Source: Kiritimatiellia bacterium (GTDB taxonomy: Bacteria > Verrucomicrobiota > Kiritimatiellia > RFP12 > UBA1067). Taken from it: DNA of 64,000 bases. The notes beneath the pieces are model-generated. The model searched no databases and was not told the origin of the DNA. It worked only from the letters and a program-made list of their open reading frames with translations. Positions 1 through 9,293 of the stretch are shown piece after piece (position 1 is the stretch's first letter; the number at the start of each line of letters is the position of its first letter). The stretch lies in NCBI GenBank assembly GCA_045656225.1, contig JAZOQU010000040.1, positions 4,697 through 68,696 of the forward strand, given 5' to 3'. Both the position numbers and the translations under genes were made by a program.

Positions 1-1245
1 TGGCTGAGCCTCGTCAGAGACTCCGGCGGGCGGCGACCCTCCCTGATAATCTGCCCGACAAGTCTTGTCAGAAACTGGGAGGCCGAGTCCGCCAAATTTA
101 CTCCGTGGATGAAAACGCTCGTAATCTCCGGGCCGAACCGAGCGGATGATTTCATTAAAATCGACACTTTCGATATAGTCATCACCTCCTACGCTCTGCT
201 GCAGCGCGATTTCGAAGAGGCCTGGTCAGGGCGCTGCTTCAACGCCGTCGTTCTTGACGAGGCGCAGCACATCAAGAACCGTCAGACTAAAAACGCGAAG
301 GCTGTCAAGATGCTCAACTCCGCCAGGCGCCTTGCTTTAACCGGCACGCCTGTTGAGAATTCGGTGACCGACGTATGGTCGATCTTCGATTTTCTGATGC
401 CGAATTATTTGGGAGAATACGAAAGTTTTAAACTCAACTACGAAGAACCGATAGCCGGAGGAGGCGCGGGGGCGGACGACGCGCTCTGCCGACTTAAACG
501 CAAACTCCATCCGTTCATTCTGCGCCGTGTCAAGAAAACGGTGGCCAAAGACCTGCCCGACAAGATCATTAAAGTCTCTTATTGCCCGATGGACGAAGAC
601 ACCCAGCGGGAATACAACGAAGCTCTTATGAAAACCCGTCGCCAGGCCGGGGACATGATCAAGGCGAAAGGTTTCTCGAAATCAAAGTTCGAAATTCTCG
701 CAATGCTGATGAAGCTCAGGCAGACTGCCTCTCTCGGCAAGATCGGAGCGTTTATGGAGCAGTTGCGCTCGGCTATAGAAGGCGGCCACAAGATTCTGGT
801 TTTCTCCCAATTCGTGAAAATGCTTCAGATAATCGCTTCGCAGCTTCAAGAGGAGGGAATCCCCTTCTGTTATTTGGACGGCTCGACAAAAGATAGAATA
901 GGTGAATGCAACCGGTTTAACCGAGATCCGAAAATCCCGGTATTTCTGATTTCGCTTATGGCAGGCGGAACCGGGCTTAACCTGACGGGTGCGGATATGG
1001 TAATTCATTACGATCCGTGGTGGAACCCGGCGGTCGAAGCCCAGGCGACGGACCGCGCCCACAGGATAGGACAGAAAAAGACCGTTTATGTAATGAAGAT
1101 GATCGCGTCAGGCTCAATTGAAGAACGGGTTCTTGCTCTTCAAAAGAAGAAAGAGGCTATTATCTCGGCGACAGTTTCGACAAGCGACTCCGCGATTATG
1201 GAGAAACTCTCGTCTGAAGACATCGCCTCGCTCCTTGCGATCTGA
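1..1245 (+). CDS. SNF2-family helicase, C-terminal portion (gene starts upstream of the window)
   Basis: Frame open from nt 1 (LIICPTSLVRNWEAESAKF); DEAQHIKN motif II, LTGTPVENS, helicase-C motifs GGTGLNLTGAD and QATDRAHRIGQKK. Confidence 0.85.
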   Translation, partial: WLSLVRDSGGRRPSLIICPTSLVRNWEAESAKFTPWMKTLVISGPNRADDFIKIDTFDIVITSYALLQRDFEEAWSGRCFNAVVLDEAQHIKNRQTKNAKAVKMLNSARRLALTGTPVENSVTDVWSIFDFLMPNYLGEYESFKLNYEEPIAGGGAGADDALCRLKRKLHPFILRRVKKTVAKDLPDKIIKVSYCPMDEDTQREYNEALMKTRRQAGDMIKAKGFSKSKFEILAMLMKLRQTASLGKIGAFMEQLRSAIEGGHKILVFSQFVKMLQIIASQLQEEGIPFCYLDGSTKDRIGECNRFNRDPKIPVFLISLMAGGTGLNLTGADMVIHYDPWWNPAVEAQATDRAHRIGQKKTVYVMKMIASGSIEERVLALQKKKEAIISATVSTSDSAIMEKLSSEDIASLLAI

Positions 1246-1273
1246 TTCGGACGCGAAGCGCACGGCGCCCGGT

Positions 1274-2461
1274 TTAAGCGCCCTTGCGTCCGCCAGCCGT
1301 TTTTTTCATGATGAAGGTCTTCGCGGGCTTTTCGGAGGCGCCGGGATAAAACTCAAGCGCGACTCCGCCGTCGGTTACATAGAGCCTGTAATGACCGGAG
1401 CCGATACTATGATAAAATTCCTTCATTCCGGACTTAAAAAGCGCGACCTCCGACTGACCCATCTTGCCTTTCAACTTATAATCCTCAACCTTGTTGAAAA
1501 TCGGCTCCGCCGTTTCGCGCCTCTTGCTCGAATATACGGAGCTGACCGAAGCTTCGGTAAATCCGCCGTATTCGTTTTCGATGCGGTAATAAGTCGTCGT
1601 ATGGATATGGCCCGAAAGAACGATCGCGTGACGGCGCGAGAGCGCTATGTAAAGGCGCTTGCGGCTCTCTTCGCTGACGTACCTTCCGGCAAGACGCCAG
1701 GCGTAGGGCGATGCGGACGGACAGAGAACAAAAGGACCGTGGGTAACCAGAAATACGTGACGGGCGTCGTCGGCTCCTTCGATGATTTCTGAAATCTTAT
1801 CGATAGCCTTGGTTTCGAAATCGCAGAACACCCAAAGGTCCCCGTTATGACGGAAGGAAAATACGGGATACCTCGCCTTCTCCGGCTTAACGCCAGTAAT
1901 CTTTTCAATCTCCTTATCGTTATAAGGGTTCATATATTCGAAATATGCTTTCCTCGCTCCCTTGCCGCGGAAATCGTGATTGCCGATAACCGTCAGGAAC
2001 GGATACGGCCTTTTATAGTAGGCGATGAATTTCTTTATGCAGTCATCAAGCATCTTCTTATGAACAACAGGGTCGCCGCAGTCGCCCTGAATCAGATCGC
2101 CGACCTGAAGAATGAAATCGGGCCTCTTCTTCTCGGCGATTTTGGCGCTCGCGTTCATAAGCGAAGGGCAAAATTCACGCCACATAACTCCGTTGCGGTA
2201 AAACTCATCCTTTACAACCTTAGCCCATCGGTTGTTGTAATCGTACTTTGAATGATATACGCTCTCAGGCTCGGTGTCGTAATGAGTATCGCCCAGAACA
2301 GAAACGAAATAAGACGACTTCCCGCCCTTCCTCTGCGGAGCCCCGAACGACGGGAGAGTCGCGATTGCAGCACCCGCTGCGGCGCCCGCGATAAACTCTC
2401 TTCTTGTGAAACCGGATTTTTTTTCGTTCATGGCTCCATACTCCTTGTCTTTATATTTCAT
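1274..2461 (-). CDS. Tat-exported metallophosphoesterase (calcineurin-like)
   Basis: Twin-arginine leader FTRREFIAGAAAGAAIA; phosphoesterase motifs GDTHYD, GDLIQGD, GNHD, GHIH. Confidence 0.75.
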   Translation of the reverse strand: MKYKDKEYGAMNEKKSGFTRREFIAGAAAGAAIATLPSFGAPQRKGGKSSYFVSVLGDTHYDTEPESVYHSKYDYNNRWAKVVKDEFYRNGVMWREFCPSLMNASAKIAEKKRPDFILQVGDLIQGDCGDPVVHKKMLDDCIKKFIAYYKRPYPFLTVIGNHDFRGKGARKAYFEYMNPYNDKEIEKITGVKPEKARYPVFSFRHNGDLWVFCDFETKAIDKISEIIEGADDARHVFLVTHGPFVLCPSASPYAWRLAGRYVSEESRKRLYIALSRRHAIVLSGHIHTTTYYRIENEYGGFTEASVSSVYSSKRRETAEPIFNKVEDYKLKGKMGQSEVALFKSGMKEFYHSIGSGHYRLYVTDGGVALEFYPGASEKPAKTFIMKKTAGGRKGA

Positions 2462-2467
2462 TTAAGG

Positions 2468-3148
2468 TTAAACATATAAAATATCATCCGGCGGCTCTGC
2501 GGCGAATTCAACGGACTTGCCGGTAACGGGATGAGGAAATGAAAGCATCACCGCATGAAGCAATGCTCGAGCCGGCCTTATGCGCAGACGACGATCCTTA
2601 ACCGCGTCGCCGTAAAGATCATCCCCGACGATAGGACAGCCGAGATCGGCGGCGTGAACGCGAATCTGATGGGTGCGGCCCGTTTCAATGACGAACTCCA
2701 CGAGCGAAACACCTGACTTTTTGGCGAGAACCGTCCACTCGCTCACCGCCCTTTTCCCGTTCGGGACATCGGCAGCCATACGCTTCGAATCCCACGGCTT
2801 GCGGCCGATCGTGTTTTCGATCCGTCCGGTTTTTGTTTTCGGGGCGCCGTGCAGAACTGCGAGATACGTCTTTCGAATGCGCCCGTGCGACTCGAACGCT
2901 TCGCGAAGCGCGCGGTATGCCCGGGGGGTTTTAGCGAAAACCATCGCTCCGCTGGTGCCGATATCGAGGCGATGGACGACGCCGGGCCTCTCGCGGCTCC
3001 CGCAGCCGTACATTCCATGTCTCGTCTTCGCGAGATTATCCGCAAGAGAATTATCGGTGTGTCCCGGAGCGGAATGAACAATCATCCCCGCCGGCTTATT
3101 GACGACGACAATATCGGGATCCTCGAAAATTATTTCTATCGAATTCAA
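2468..3148 (-). CDS. RluA-family pseudouridine synthase
   Basis: VVNKPAGMIVH, HRLDIGTSG (catalytic Asp), THQIRVH; 4-nt overlap with the upstream permease gene. Confidence 0.85.
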   Translation of the reverse strand: MNSIEIIFEDPDIVVVNKPAGMIVHSAPGHTDNSLADNLAKTRHGMYGCGSRERPGVVHRLDIGTSGAMVFAKTPRAYRALREAFESHGRIRKTYLAVLHGAPKTKTGRIENTIGRKPWDSKRMAADVPNGKRAVSEWTVLAKKSGVSLVEFVIETGRTHQIRVHAADLGCPIVGDDLYGDAVKDRRLRIRPARALLHAVMLSFPHPVTGKSVEFAAEPPDDILYV

Positions 3149-4416
3149 TTTTTAGAGCGACATCTGAATGTACTTACGATCGCGCCGAGAAGAGGCACGG
3201 GGAACGACAGAACATGCGCGAGCGCCGGCCGCATGTCGCATTTCGACACAAGAAGCGCGGCGGCGATGACGTACAAGGCGAACAATACGGTGTAGACTGC
3301 AAAAAGTTTCAGCGTGGCGCGCATTGAGTTATGAAAGAAGAAGACTCCGAGCGCGAGGAATATTAGCGTTGGAACAATCGCAGCGGGTATAGAAGGCATC
3401 AGCGAGCACTTTGCCAGCACCATGCATCCGACATTGAAACCGTGGAACGCAAAGAACAGTCCGACGGCGCCGAGAATCCCGGCGAAGACGGACTGTCTGC
3501 CGGAAGTGACTCCCGCGGGGATCGAAAGAAGCATTACAATGATGCATGACAACGGCGCGAGAGCCTGCGCCCATGCGTCATATCTGAGACTCTCCCGTCC
3601 TTCTTCATTAAGGTCCTTGTTTATCCCGATGTAACGATGCTTCCCCCTCACGGAGATAAGACGGGGATCGCAATTCTGCATGCGAATATCCTCGGGGCGC
3701 TCGCGGTAATCCGTAAATGATCTGAACTCAAGCGAATCAATCTCGGGAGTCGGCGACGCGCAGGGGCGCGTGTTGATGTCATAGTGCAGAAGCTGCGGTT
3801 TGGTGAACCACCACTCTCCGTCAAGATACGAGGCCTTATGGGCGGTTATGCTATAGAGCCGAGAACCATCCGGGCGGTCCTGGGTCACAAACACATCATT
3901 CAGTTCCGAATAATCCCTGTTGGTTCCGCCGCGAACGGTCCACGTTCTGTTGTCGCGCGTGTTGCGGAAAGTGAAACCTTCCGCCTCGGCTATATCCTGT
4001 GCATCAAAACGCTCGGCCTTGATACGCTTAGCCCATTGGGCATACTCGGGCATGTAACACTCACTCACCCACGCGACCAGCACGCCCATAAGAACGGCGG
4101 CAAACAAGAGCGGCTTTACTATCGCAAAAAGGCTTATGCCGCTTGCGCGCATCGCGGTAAGTTCTGAATGGCGGCAGAAATTCCACATCGTGTAAAGCGT
4201 CGCCAGCATCATCGCGGCAGACGCGAGATAATGGAAGAACGGCGAAAGATATCCGCCGAAATAAAGAACGCATTCCTTAAATGACAAATCAGACGTCATT
4301 AAGCGAGAAAACGATCCGAACAGCTCAAAGAGAACATATATCCCGATGAATCCGACGAGACAGTAGAAAAGCGGAACGATAAACTCGCGCAGAATATAAA
4401 GCGTCAACTTCGACAT
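3145..4416 (-). CDS. LptF/LptG (YjgP/YjgQ) family permease
   Basis: N-terminus LTLYILREFIVPLFYCLVGF, multiple TM segments flanking a large soluble insert, typical family architecture. Confidence 0.7.
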   Translation of the reverse strand: MSKLTLYILREFIVPLFYCLVGFIGIYVLFELFGSFSRLMTSDLSFKECVLYFGGYLSPFFHYLASAAMMLATLYTMWNFCRHSELTAMRASGISLFAIVKPLLFAAVLMGVLVAWVSECYMPEYAQWAKRIKAERFDAQDIAEAEGFTFRNTRDNRTWTVRGGTNRDYSELNDVFVTQDRPDGSRLYSITAHKASYLDGEWWFTKPQLLHYDINTRPCASPTPEIDSLEFRSFTDYRERPEDIRMQNCDPRLISVRGKHRYIGINKDLNEEGRESLRYDAWAQALAPLSCIIVMLLSIPAGVTSGRQSVFAGILGAVGLFFAFHGFNVGCMVLAKCSLMPSIPAAIVPTLIFLALGVFFFHNSMRATLKLFAVYTVLFALYVIAAALLVSKCDMRPALAHVLSFPVPLLGAIVSTFRCRSKN

Positions 4417-5370
4417 TTAACCCTCCAGCGCGCCCGTCAGTTCAGACATCGATTTAAACCCGTGACGCTCGCAGTAGGAAACCATTCCGTCGTAAACGTC
4501 ACTCACGGCGGCGGGGTCGGTGAAGAGTACGGTACCGAGCGCGACCGCCGTCGCGCCCGCGAGCATGAACTCGATCGCGTCTTTCGCCTCGTAAACTCCG
4601 CCCATAGCGAGAATCGGAAGTTTAGTCGCCCTATACGCGTCGTAGACGACCTTTACGGCGGCGGGATGGATTCCACGCCCCGAAAGCCCGCCCGTGCGGT
4701 TTGCAAGAACCGGCTTGCGCTTTTCAATGTCGATAACCATCGCAGGGATGGTGTTTATAAGAGCGAGCGCATCGGCTCCCGCATCTTCGCACGCCTTTAC
4801 ATAAGGACGGATATCCGGAACATTCGGAGCGAGCTTCACTATAAGCGGCAATGAAGTCGCCTTTCTTACTGCGGCAACAAGCCCGTTCAAAACCGCCGGA
4901 TCCTGACCGAACGTATGACCGCCCGCCTTTACGTTAGGACAGCTTACATTGCATTCGAGCGCAGCGACGGGAGAGCCGGGATTAGCGAGAGCGTATTCAT
5001 CGAGTCTGCGGGCGACTTCAGCATATTCGTCGACACTCCCGCCCCAGATGTTGACGATCATCGGCGGAGCCTTTTCGCCGACGGCCTCGCCTACCGAGTC
5101 GGCATACCACGGAACGGTAATGTCGAGAAAGTGTTTTACGCCCGTACCCTGAAGGCCGATCGCGTTCACGAGTCCGCCCGGAACTTCACAGTGACGCGGC
5201 ATGGGATTGCCTGGCCATGCATCGACGCGGATACCCTTTGCGGTAACGGCGCCGAGCTTGGAGTAATCGACAGCCCCGACGTATTCGCTGCCGTAACCGA
5301 ACGTCCCGCTCGCCGTCGTGAGCGGAGTTGCCATTTCAAATCCGCCGAGATTAACTTTCGTATCTATCAT
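4417..5370 (-). CDS. pyrD: Dihydroorotate dehydrogenase, class 1B catalytic subunit
   Basis: Start taken at MIDTKVNLGG (ATG 5370). The track ORF to 5601 is an Arg-rich extension overlapping pyrK. Motifs ASGTFGYG, NAIGLQ, CPNV, GGLSG; adjacent pyrK. Confidence 0.9.
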   Translation of the reverse strand: MIDTKVNLGGFEMATPLTTASGTFGYGSEYVGAVDYSKLGAVTAKGIRVDAWPGNPMPRHCEVPGGLVNAIGLQGTGVKHFLDITVPWYADSVGEAVGEKAPPMIVNIWGGSVDEYAEVARRLDEYALANPGSPVAALECNVSCPNVKAGGHTFGQDPAVLNGLVAAVRKATSLPLIVKLAPNVPDIRPYVKACEDAGADALALINTIPAMVIDIEKRKPVLANRTGGLSGRGIHPAAVKVVYDAYRATKLPILAMGGVYEAKDAIEFMLAGATAVALGTVLFTDPAAVSDVYDGMVSYCERHGFKSMSELTGALEG

Positions 5371-5402
5371 TGTTTTCGCTCCCTTGCAGTTCCGCAACAA
5401 CA

Positions 5403-6191
5403 TCATTCCCAGACGAGATCCTCCGCCGCAAAGACGGGACCCTCGACGCAGCAGCGCGAATTGCCGCGAACGGTTTTCTGAATACACGCGTAACACGCGC
5501 CGACGCCACAGATCATGTGGCGATCCATTGAAATCCAGCCTTTTGACTTTGTGCCTGTCGCTCTTAATGCTACCGCCTTTAGCATCGGATCGGGACCGCA
5601 CGCAAAAAGTTCAAATTTTCCGCCCGCCTCACGGATTTTTATAATTTCGTCGTCTAAGGGATCGGTCACGAGACCTTTCACGCCTTCGCTGCCGTCGTTT
5701 GTCGCGAGATAAAGCTCGACCCCGAGCGACCTGAATTCCTCGACGGCCAAAAGATCGGTTTTGGTGCGCCCGCCGACAAAAACCGCAAGCCGCCCCTTCC
5801 AACCCGAAGCGATAAGGCGCTTGGCGAGAAAATAAAGCGGAGCGACTCCATAGCCGCCACCGACAAGCAATGCCGCCCCGTCGCACTTTACGGGGAAGCC
5901 GTGTCCAAGGGGTCCTATTATTTCAAGCGTCTCACCGACCTTGGCAGCGTTGAGCGCGGCAGTTCCTCTACCGACGGTCTTGTAAAGGATATAAACCTTG
6001 CCGTCCTCGGCGTTGAATACCGAGAAAGGACGCCTCAAAGCGCTCTTCTCAAGAGCGGGAACCTTCACGTGAACGAACTGGCCAGGCACAAGCTGCGGCG
6101 CCATTTCAGGAGCTTTGACGACTAAAAGCCGGTAGCCGGCGGAAAGCTCATCGTGAACAAGTATCTCGCATTTTTCGTTCAGCATAAACAA
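5403..6191 (-). CDS. pyrK: Dihydroorotate dehydrogenase electron-transfer subunit
   Basis: Ferredoxin-reductase-type fold (RRPFSV, GGGYGVAPL) and C-terminal 2Fe-2S Cys cluster CGVGACYAC...C; directly upstream of pyrD. Confidence 0.85.
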   Translation of the reverse strand: MFMLNEKCEILVHDELSAGYRLLVVKAPEMAPQLVPGQFVHVKVPALEKSALRRPFSVFNAEDGKVYILYKTVGRGTAALNAAKVGETLEIIGPLGHGFPVKCDGAALLVGGGYGVAPLYFLAKRLIASGWKGRLAVFVGGRTKTDLLAVEEFRSLGVELYLATNDGSEGVKGLVTDPLDDEIIKIREAGGKFELFACGPDPMLKAVALRATGTKSKGWISMDRHMICGVGACYACIQKTVRGNSRCCVEGPVFAAEDLVWE

Positions 6192-6197
6192 AGTCCT

Positions 6198-6821
6198 TTA
6201 TCTTATCTGGGCCGCCCTCTGAGCGACAGCCTTAAGTGAAACCCACATGTCTTTTTTAATTTTCTCGACGGCGGGCGTGACTGTTCCAAATCTTAAAATA
6301 TACTCGGGCGAATAAGTCACGAGGACATCGCACCCGCTGCGTGTCTTAACCCACATTCCCGGAGCCGCCTTTATTTCGGGAAACCACTTTCTGAGAGCGA
6401 GCGCTCCAAGAACTACATATATCCTCGCTTCGGGCAATGGAGCGGAATCTACTACGGGAGCGAACTCGGCGGTAGTCTTCAGCGCAGCGGTAATTTTAGA
6501 AATCATTTCTGCGCCCTTCTGGGAAAGCGGCTTTTCATGAAGAAAAACAAAATCGAAACGCCTTCCCGTCCCGCTCGGCGCCGCATCCGCAACGATTTCC
6601 GCAACACTCGCGGCAGACGGAAGCGGCGCTTTTTCGGGAATTACCGCCGGTACCGCTCTCGCACCGGCGGGTTCGCTCGCCTTAAACTCCGCGCGTGGCG
6701 GAGGCTCGGCGGCGACGGGCTCGAGCACGCTTCTGTCACATTCTACAAAACGGACACCGAGCTCGCGTTCAAGCTGCAGCTCGGCTTCAAGTCCGTTCAG
6801 AATGTAATCAAGCGCCGTCAC
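6198..6821 (-). CDS. Uracil-DNA-glycosylase-superfamily-like protein with degenerate catalytic motifs
   Basis: C-terminal half resembles family-4 UDG (VVLGALALRKW...GMWVK...VLVTYSPEYILRF). The usual GEGPG-type and HP motifs are replaced. Confidence 0.35.
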   Translation of the reverse strand: MTALDYILNGLEAELQLERELGVRFVECDRSVLEPVAAEPPPRAEFKASEPAGARAVPAVIPEKAPLPSAASVAEIVADAAPSGTGRRFDFVFLHEKPLSQKGAEMISKITAALKTTAEFAPVVDSAPLPEARIYVVLGALALRKWFPEIKAAPGMWVKTRSGCDVLVTYSPEYILRFGTVTPAVEKIKKDMWVSLKAVAQRAAQIR

Positions 6822-6853
6822 TTGTTTTCGCCGCTTTTTCTAATATGTACTCT

Positions 6854-7891
6854 TCAAGCCTTTTTGGGCTTATTAAACCCGTAGGGGTTCTTCTTCTGCC
6901 AGCGCCATGCGTCCTTGCACATCTCTTCGATGCCGCGTTCGGCCTTCCAGCCGAGTTCAGCGGCGGCGAGCGAGGGATCGGCCCAGCACTCGGCGATATC
7001 GCCGGGACGGCGCGGGCAGATCTTGTAGGGAACGGGCTTCTTGGAAGCCTTCTCGAACGCCTTGACGATCTGAAAAACGGAATAGCCGTTACCCGTACCG
7101 AGGTTATAAACCTTAAGTCCGAGCTTGGGCTCCTTCTCGATTTTCTCAATAGCCTTCAAGTGACCGATGGCGAGATCGACGACGTGGATGTAGTCTCTAA
7201 CGCCCGTGCCGTCTGGGGTCGGATAATCATTGCCAAAAACGCTGAGCTCTTCGCGACGGCCGATAGCGACCTGGGCGACGAACGGAAGGAGGTTGTTCGG
7301 AATGCCCGCCGGATCCTCGCCGATAAGACCGGACTTATGGGCGCCGATCGGGTTGAAGTAGCGAAGAAGAATGACATTCCACTCGGGATCGGCCTTCTGG
7401 ACATCCTTGAAAACCTGCTCCATCATAAGCTTCGTCCAGCCGTAGGCGTTTGTACAGCCGGGCGTCGGGAAGTCTTCGCGGATCGGCACCGATGCGGGAT
7501 CGCCGTAAACGGTAGCCGAGCTCGAGAATACGATGTTCTTGCAGTTATGGTCTGCGAGACACTTCAAAAGCGTGAACGTTCCGCCAAGATTGTTGTTGTA
7601 GTACTTAAGCGGAATTTTCGTCGATTCACCGACGGCCTTGAGCGCGGCGAAATGGATCGTAGCCTGGAACGGGGCTTCCTTGTCGAGCATCGCGTTGAGC
7701 TTCTTCTCGTCGCGGATATCGATTTTATAGAACGTTACGTCCTTGCCCGTAATCTTCTTTACGCGGGCGAGCGACTTCTTGGAGCTGTTGCAGAGATTAT
7801 CGACTACAACCACGTCATGCCCGGCGTTCAAAAGCTCAACAACGGTGTGACTGCCGATAAAGCCAGCACCGCCGGTTACCAGAATTTTCAT
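6854..7891 (-). CDS. galE: UDP-glucose 4-epimerase
   Basis: MKILVTGGAGFIGSHT Rossmann start (ATG 7891; the track start at 7900 is TTG), SSSATVYG, YGWTK (YxxxK), RYFNPIGAH, DYIHVVDLA. Confidence 0.92.
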   Translation of the reverse strand: MKILVTGGAGFIGSHTVVELLNAGHDVVVVDNLCNSSKKSLARVKKITGKDVTFYKIDIRDEKKLNAMLDKEAPFQATIHFAALKAVGESTKIPLKYYNNNLGGTFTLLKCLADHNCKNIVFSSSATVYGDPASVPIREDFPTPGCTNAYGWTKLMMEQVFKDVQKADPEWNVILLRYFNPIGAHKSGLIGEDPAGIPNNLLPFVAQVAIGRREELSVFGNDYPTPDGTGVRDYIHVVDLAIGHLKAIEKIEKEPKLGLKVYNLGTGNGYSVFQIVKAFEKASKKPVPYKICPRRPGDIAECWADPSLAAAELGWKAERGIEEMCKDAWRWQKKNPYGFNKPKKA

Positions 7892-7927
7892 TCTAAACAA
7901 TCCTTTCGTTATATTTCTATTTTAAAA

Positions 7928-8428
7928 TCAATTCTTCGCCTCTGCGGACGCGGCGGGACGGTCACCGCCCTCGCGAGGACCGCGGTCGCCGCCTTCACGC
8001 GGACCGCGGCGCATACCATCGCGCGGGCCACGGCGCATACCACCCTCGCGCATTCCCTCATAGCGTGCACGGTTCGGACGGTCGTTTACAAAAAGAATGA
8101 TGTTTTTAGGAGACTTCTTCTCACCCTCCTGAGCGGCATAAGCCTTGGCGGCTTCGTCGATCTTGGCGCATACTTCCTTTTTAAACGCCTCGATCTGCTC
8201 GCTCGTGGTCTTCTCGTCTATAGCGAACGTCACGGGTCTCTGGCGGTTTCTCATTCCCTCGCGACGCATACGCTGACGCTGCTGACGCGCCTCTGCGGAA
8301 GGTCTCGACGCTCCCTCTTCAGCCTTGACGCCCGGCTTGTCACCCTCGGCCTTCGCCTTCGGTGCATCTTGAGCGGCACCCGTCAAAGTCAAAGCGACAC
8401 CGCAAAGAATAATCATCAATTTTTTCAT
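7928..8428 (-). CDS. Secreted protein with Arg/Gly-rich C-terminal repeats, unknown function
   Basis: Signal peptide MKKLMIILCGVALTLTGAA; repeats GMRRGPRDGMRRGPREGGDRGPREGGDRP. Confidence 0.5.
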   Translation of the reverse strand: MKKLMIILCGVALTLTGAAQDAPKAKAEGDKPGVKAEEGASRPSAEARQQRQRMRREGMRNRQRPVTFAIDEKTTSEQIEAFKKEVCAKIDEAAKAYAAQEGEKKSPKNIILFVNDRPNRARYEGMREGGMRRGPRDGMRRGPREGGDRGPREGGDRPAASAEAKN

Positions 8429-8495
8429 TTCAGTCTCCTTTTCTAATTGTAGTAAGTTAAAACGAATATTTTATTCTCAAGTTGATTTTACATAA

Positions 8496-9287
8496 TTATA
8501 CCATAAATGCACTATTACAGCGACTTGAAACTTCCTTGGCGAAATCACAGAGTTCATCGACAACTGAGTCGTCGGTAAGTTGCTTTAAGAAGGCGCGGCG
8601 GAATTCGAGATGGCCACGCTCGGCGCAGAGCCTGCGCGATGTGGCGAACTCAAGGCCTAAAATCATCCAGCCTACCTGAATGAGAACGAAATCCGCGAGA
8701 CATTTAATGTTCTGATAATCCACAGTCCTTCGCTCACGGATCGCCGCGACCACTTCGGCGCTCGGGGCGGAATCGGTTTTTAAATTCCAGAACGCCGTAC
8801 TGTCCCTGCGCCAATCGGTCGTTTTAACGCGCTCTTCAAGGACGCGGAAAATGTCGAGCTTGTCGGCGTCGCGCACGGTCTTCGAACACGTAAGCGTCAG
8901 CTCGTCCATCGTCTCCGACGGAATGTCGCGGCGATTGTGGACCAATACCGCCGTTAAGACCGCGTCCTTCAGATCCCAGCCGTCGAGCCACCCTTTGGAC
9001 TTTACGATATCGTGCGAAAATACCGCATGATCGACCGAATCGGCGTCACGAAATGTATTGTAAAGTTTAAGCTGCTCGTAGCGCCCTGTATCATGCAGGA
9101 GCGCAGCCGCCTCGCAGGCGAGACTCGTTCGCCCATCAAAACCCTCACCCTCGGCAATACGCCTCGCCGCCTCGACGACATTCTTCGTATGAACGAGCTT
9201 AAGCTCCATCATCTCCGGAAGACTGCCCGAAGAATCGCGATATGTATCGACATAGGCGTTGTAGAGCGATGTAAGTTTTTCAAGCAT
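8496..9287 (-). CDS. HD-domain phosphohydrolase
   Basis: H...HD signature (LLHDTGR) and second His/Asp cluster (HAVFSHD). Confidence 0.7.
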   Translation of the reverse strand: MLEKLTSLYNAYVDTYRDSSGSLPEMMELKLVHTKNVVEAARRIAEGEGFDGRTSLACEAAALLHDTGRYEQLKLYNTFRDADSVDHAVFSHDIVKSKGWLDGWDLKDAVLTAVLVHNRRDIPSETMDELTLTCSKTVRDADKLDIFRVLEERVKTTDWRRDSTAFWNLKTDSAPSAEVVAAIRERRTVDYQNIKCLADFVLIQVGWMILGLEFATSRRLCAERGHLEFRRAFLKQLTDDSVVDELCDFAKEVSSRCNSAFMV

Positions 9288-9293
9288 GACGAA

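Noticed and set aside
4417-5601. N-terminal 77-aa extension of pyrD in the ORF track
   Set aside because: The extension is Arg-rich, overlaps the 3' end of pyrK, and is absent from DHODH. MIDTKVNLGG at 5370 matches the family N-terminus.
6064-6073. TTCACGTGAA inside pyrK as a fourth parS
   Set aside because: Only the 10-bp core matches. The flanking TGT/ACA arms are absent, and a 10-bp palindrome with a CACGTG core can occur by chance in 64 kb.
6695-8446. 583-aa plus-strand ORF, the longest unannotated ORF in the left part of the window
   Set aside because: It lies antisense to galE and the RG-rich secreted-protein gene. It is Ala/Arg/Leu-rich and low in complexity, has no motifs, and galE on the other strand is unambiguous. 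This is a typical stop-poor antisense frame in GC-rich DNA.
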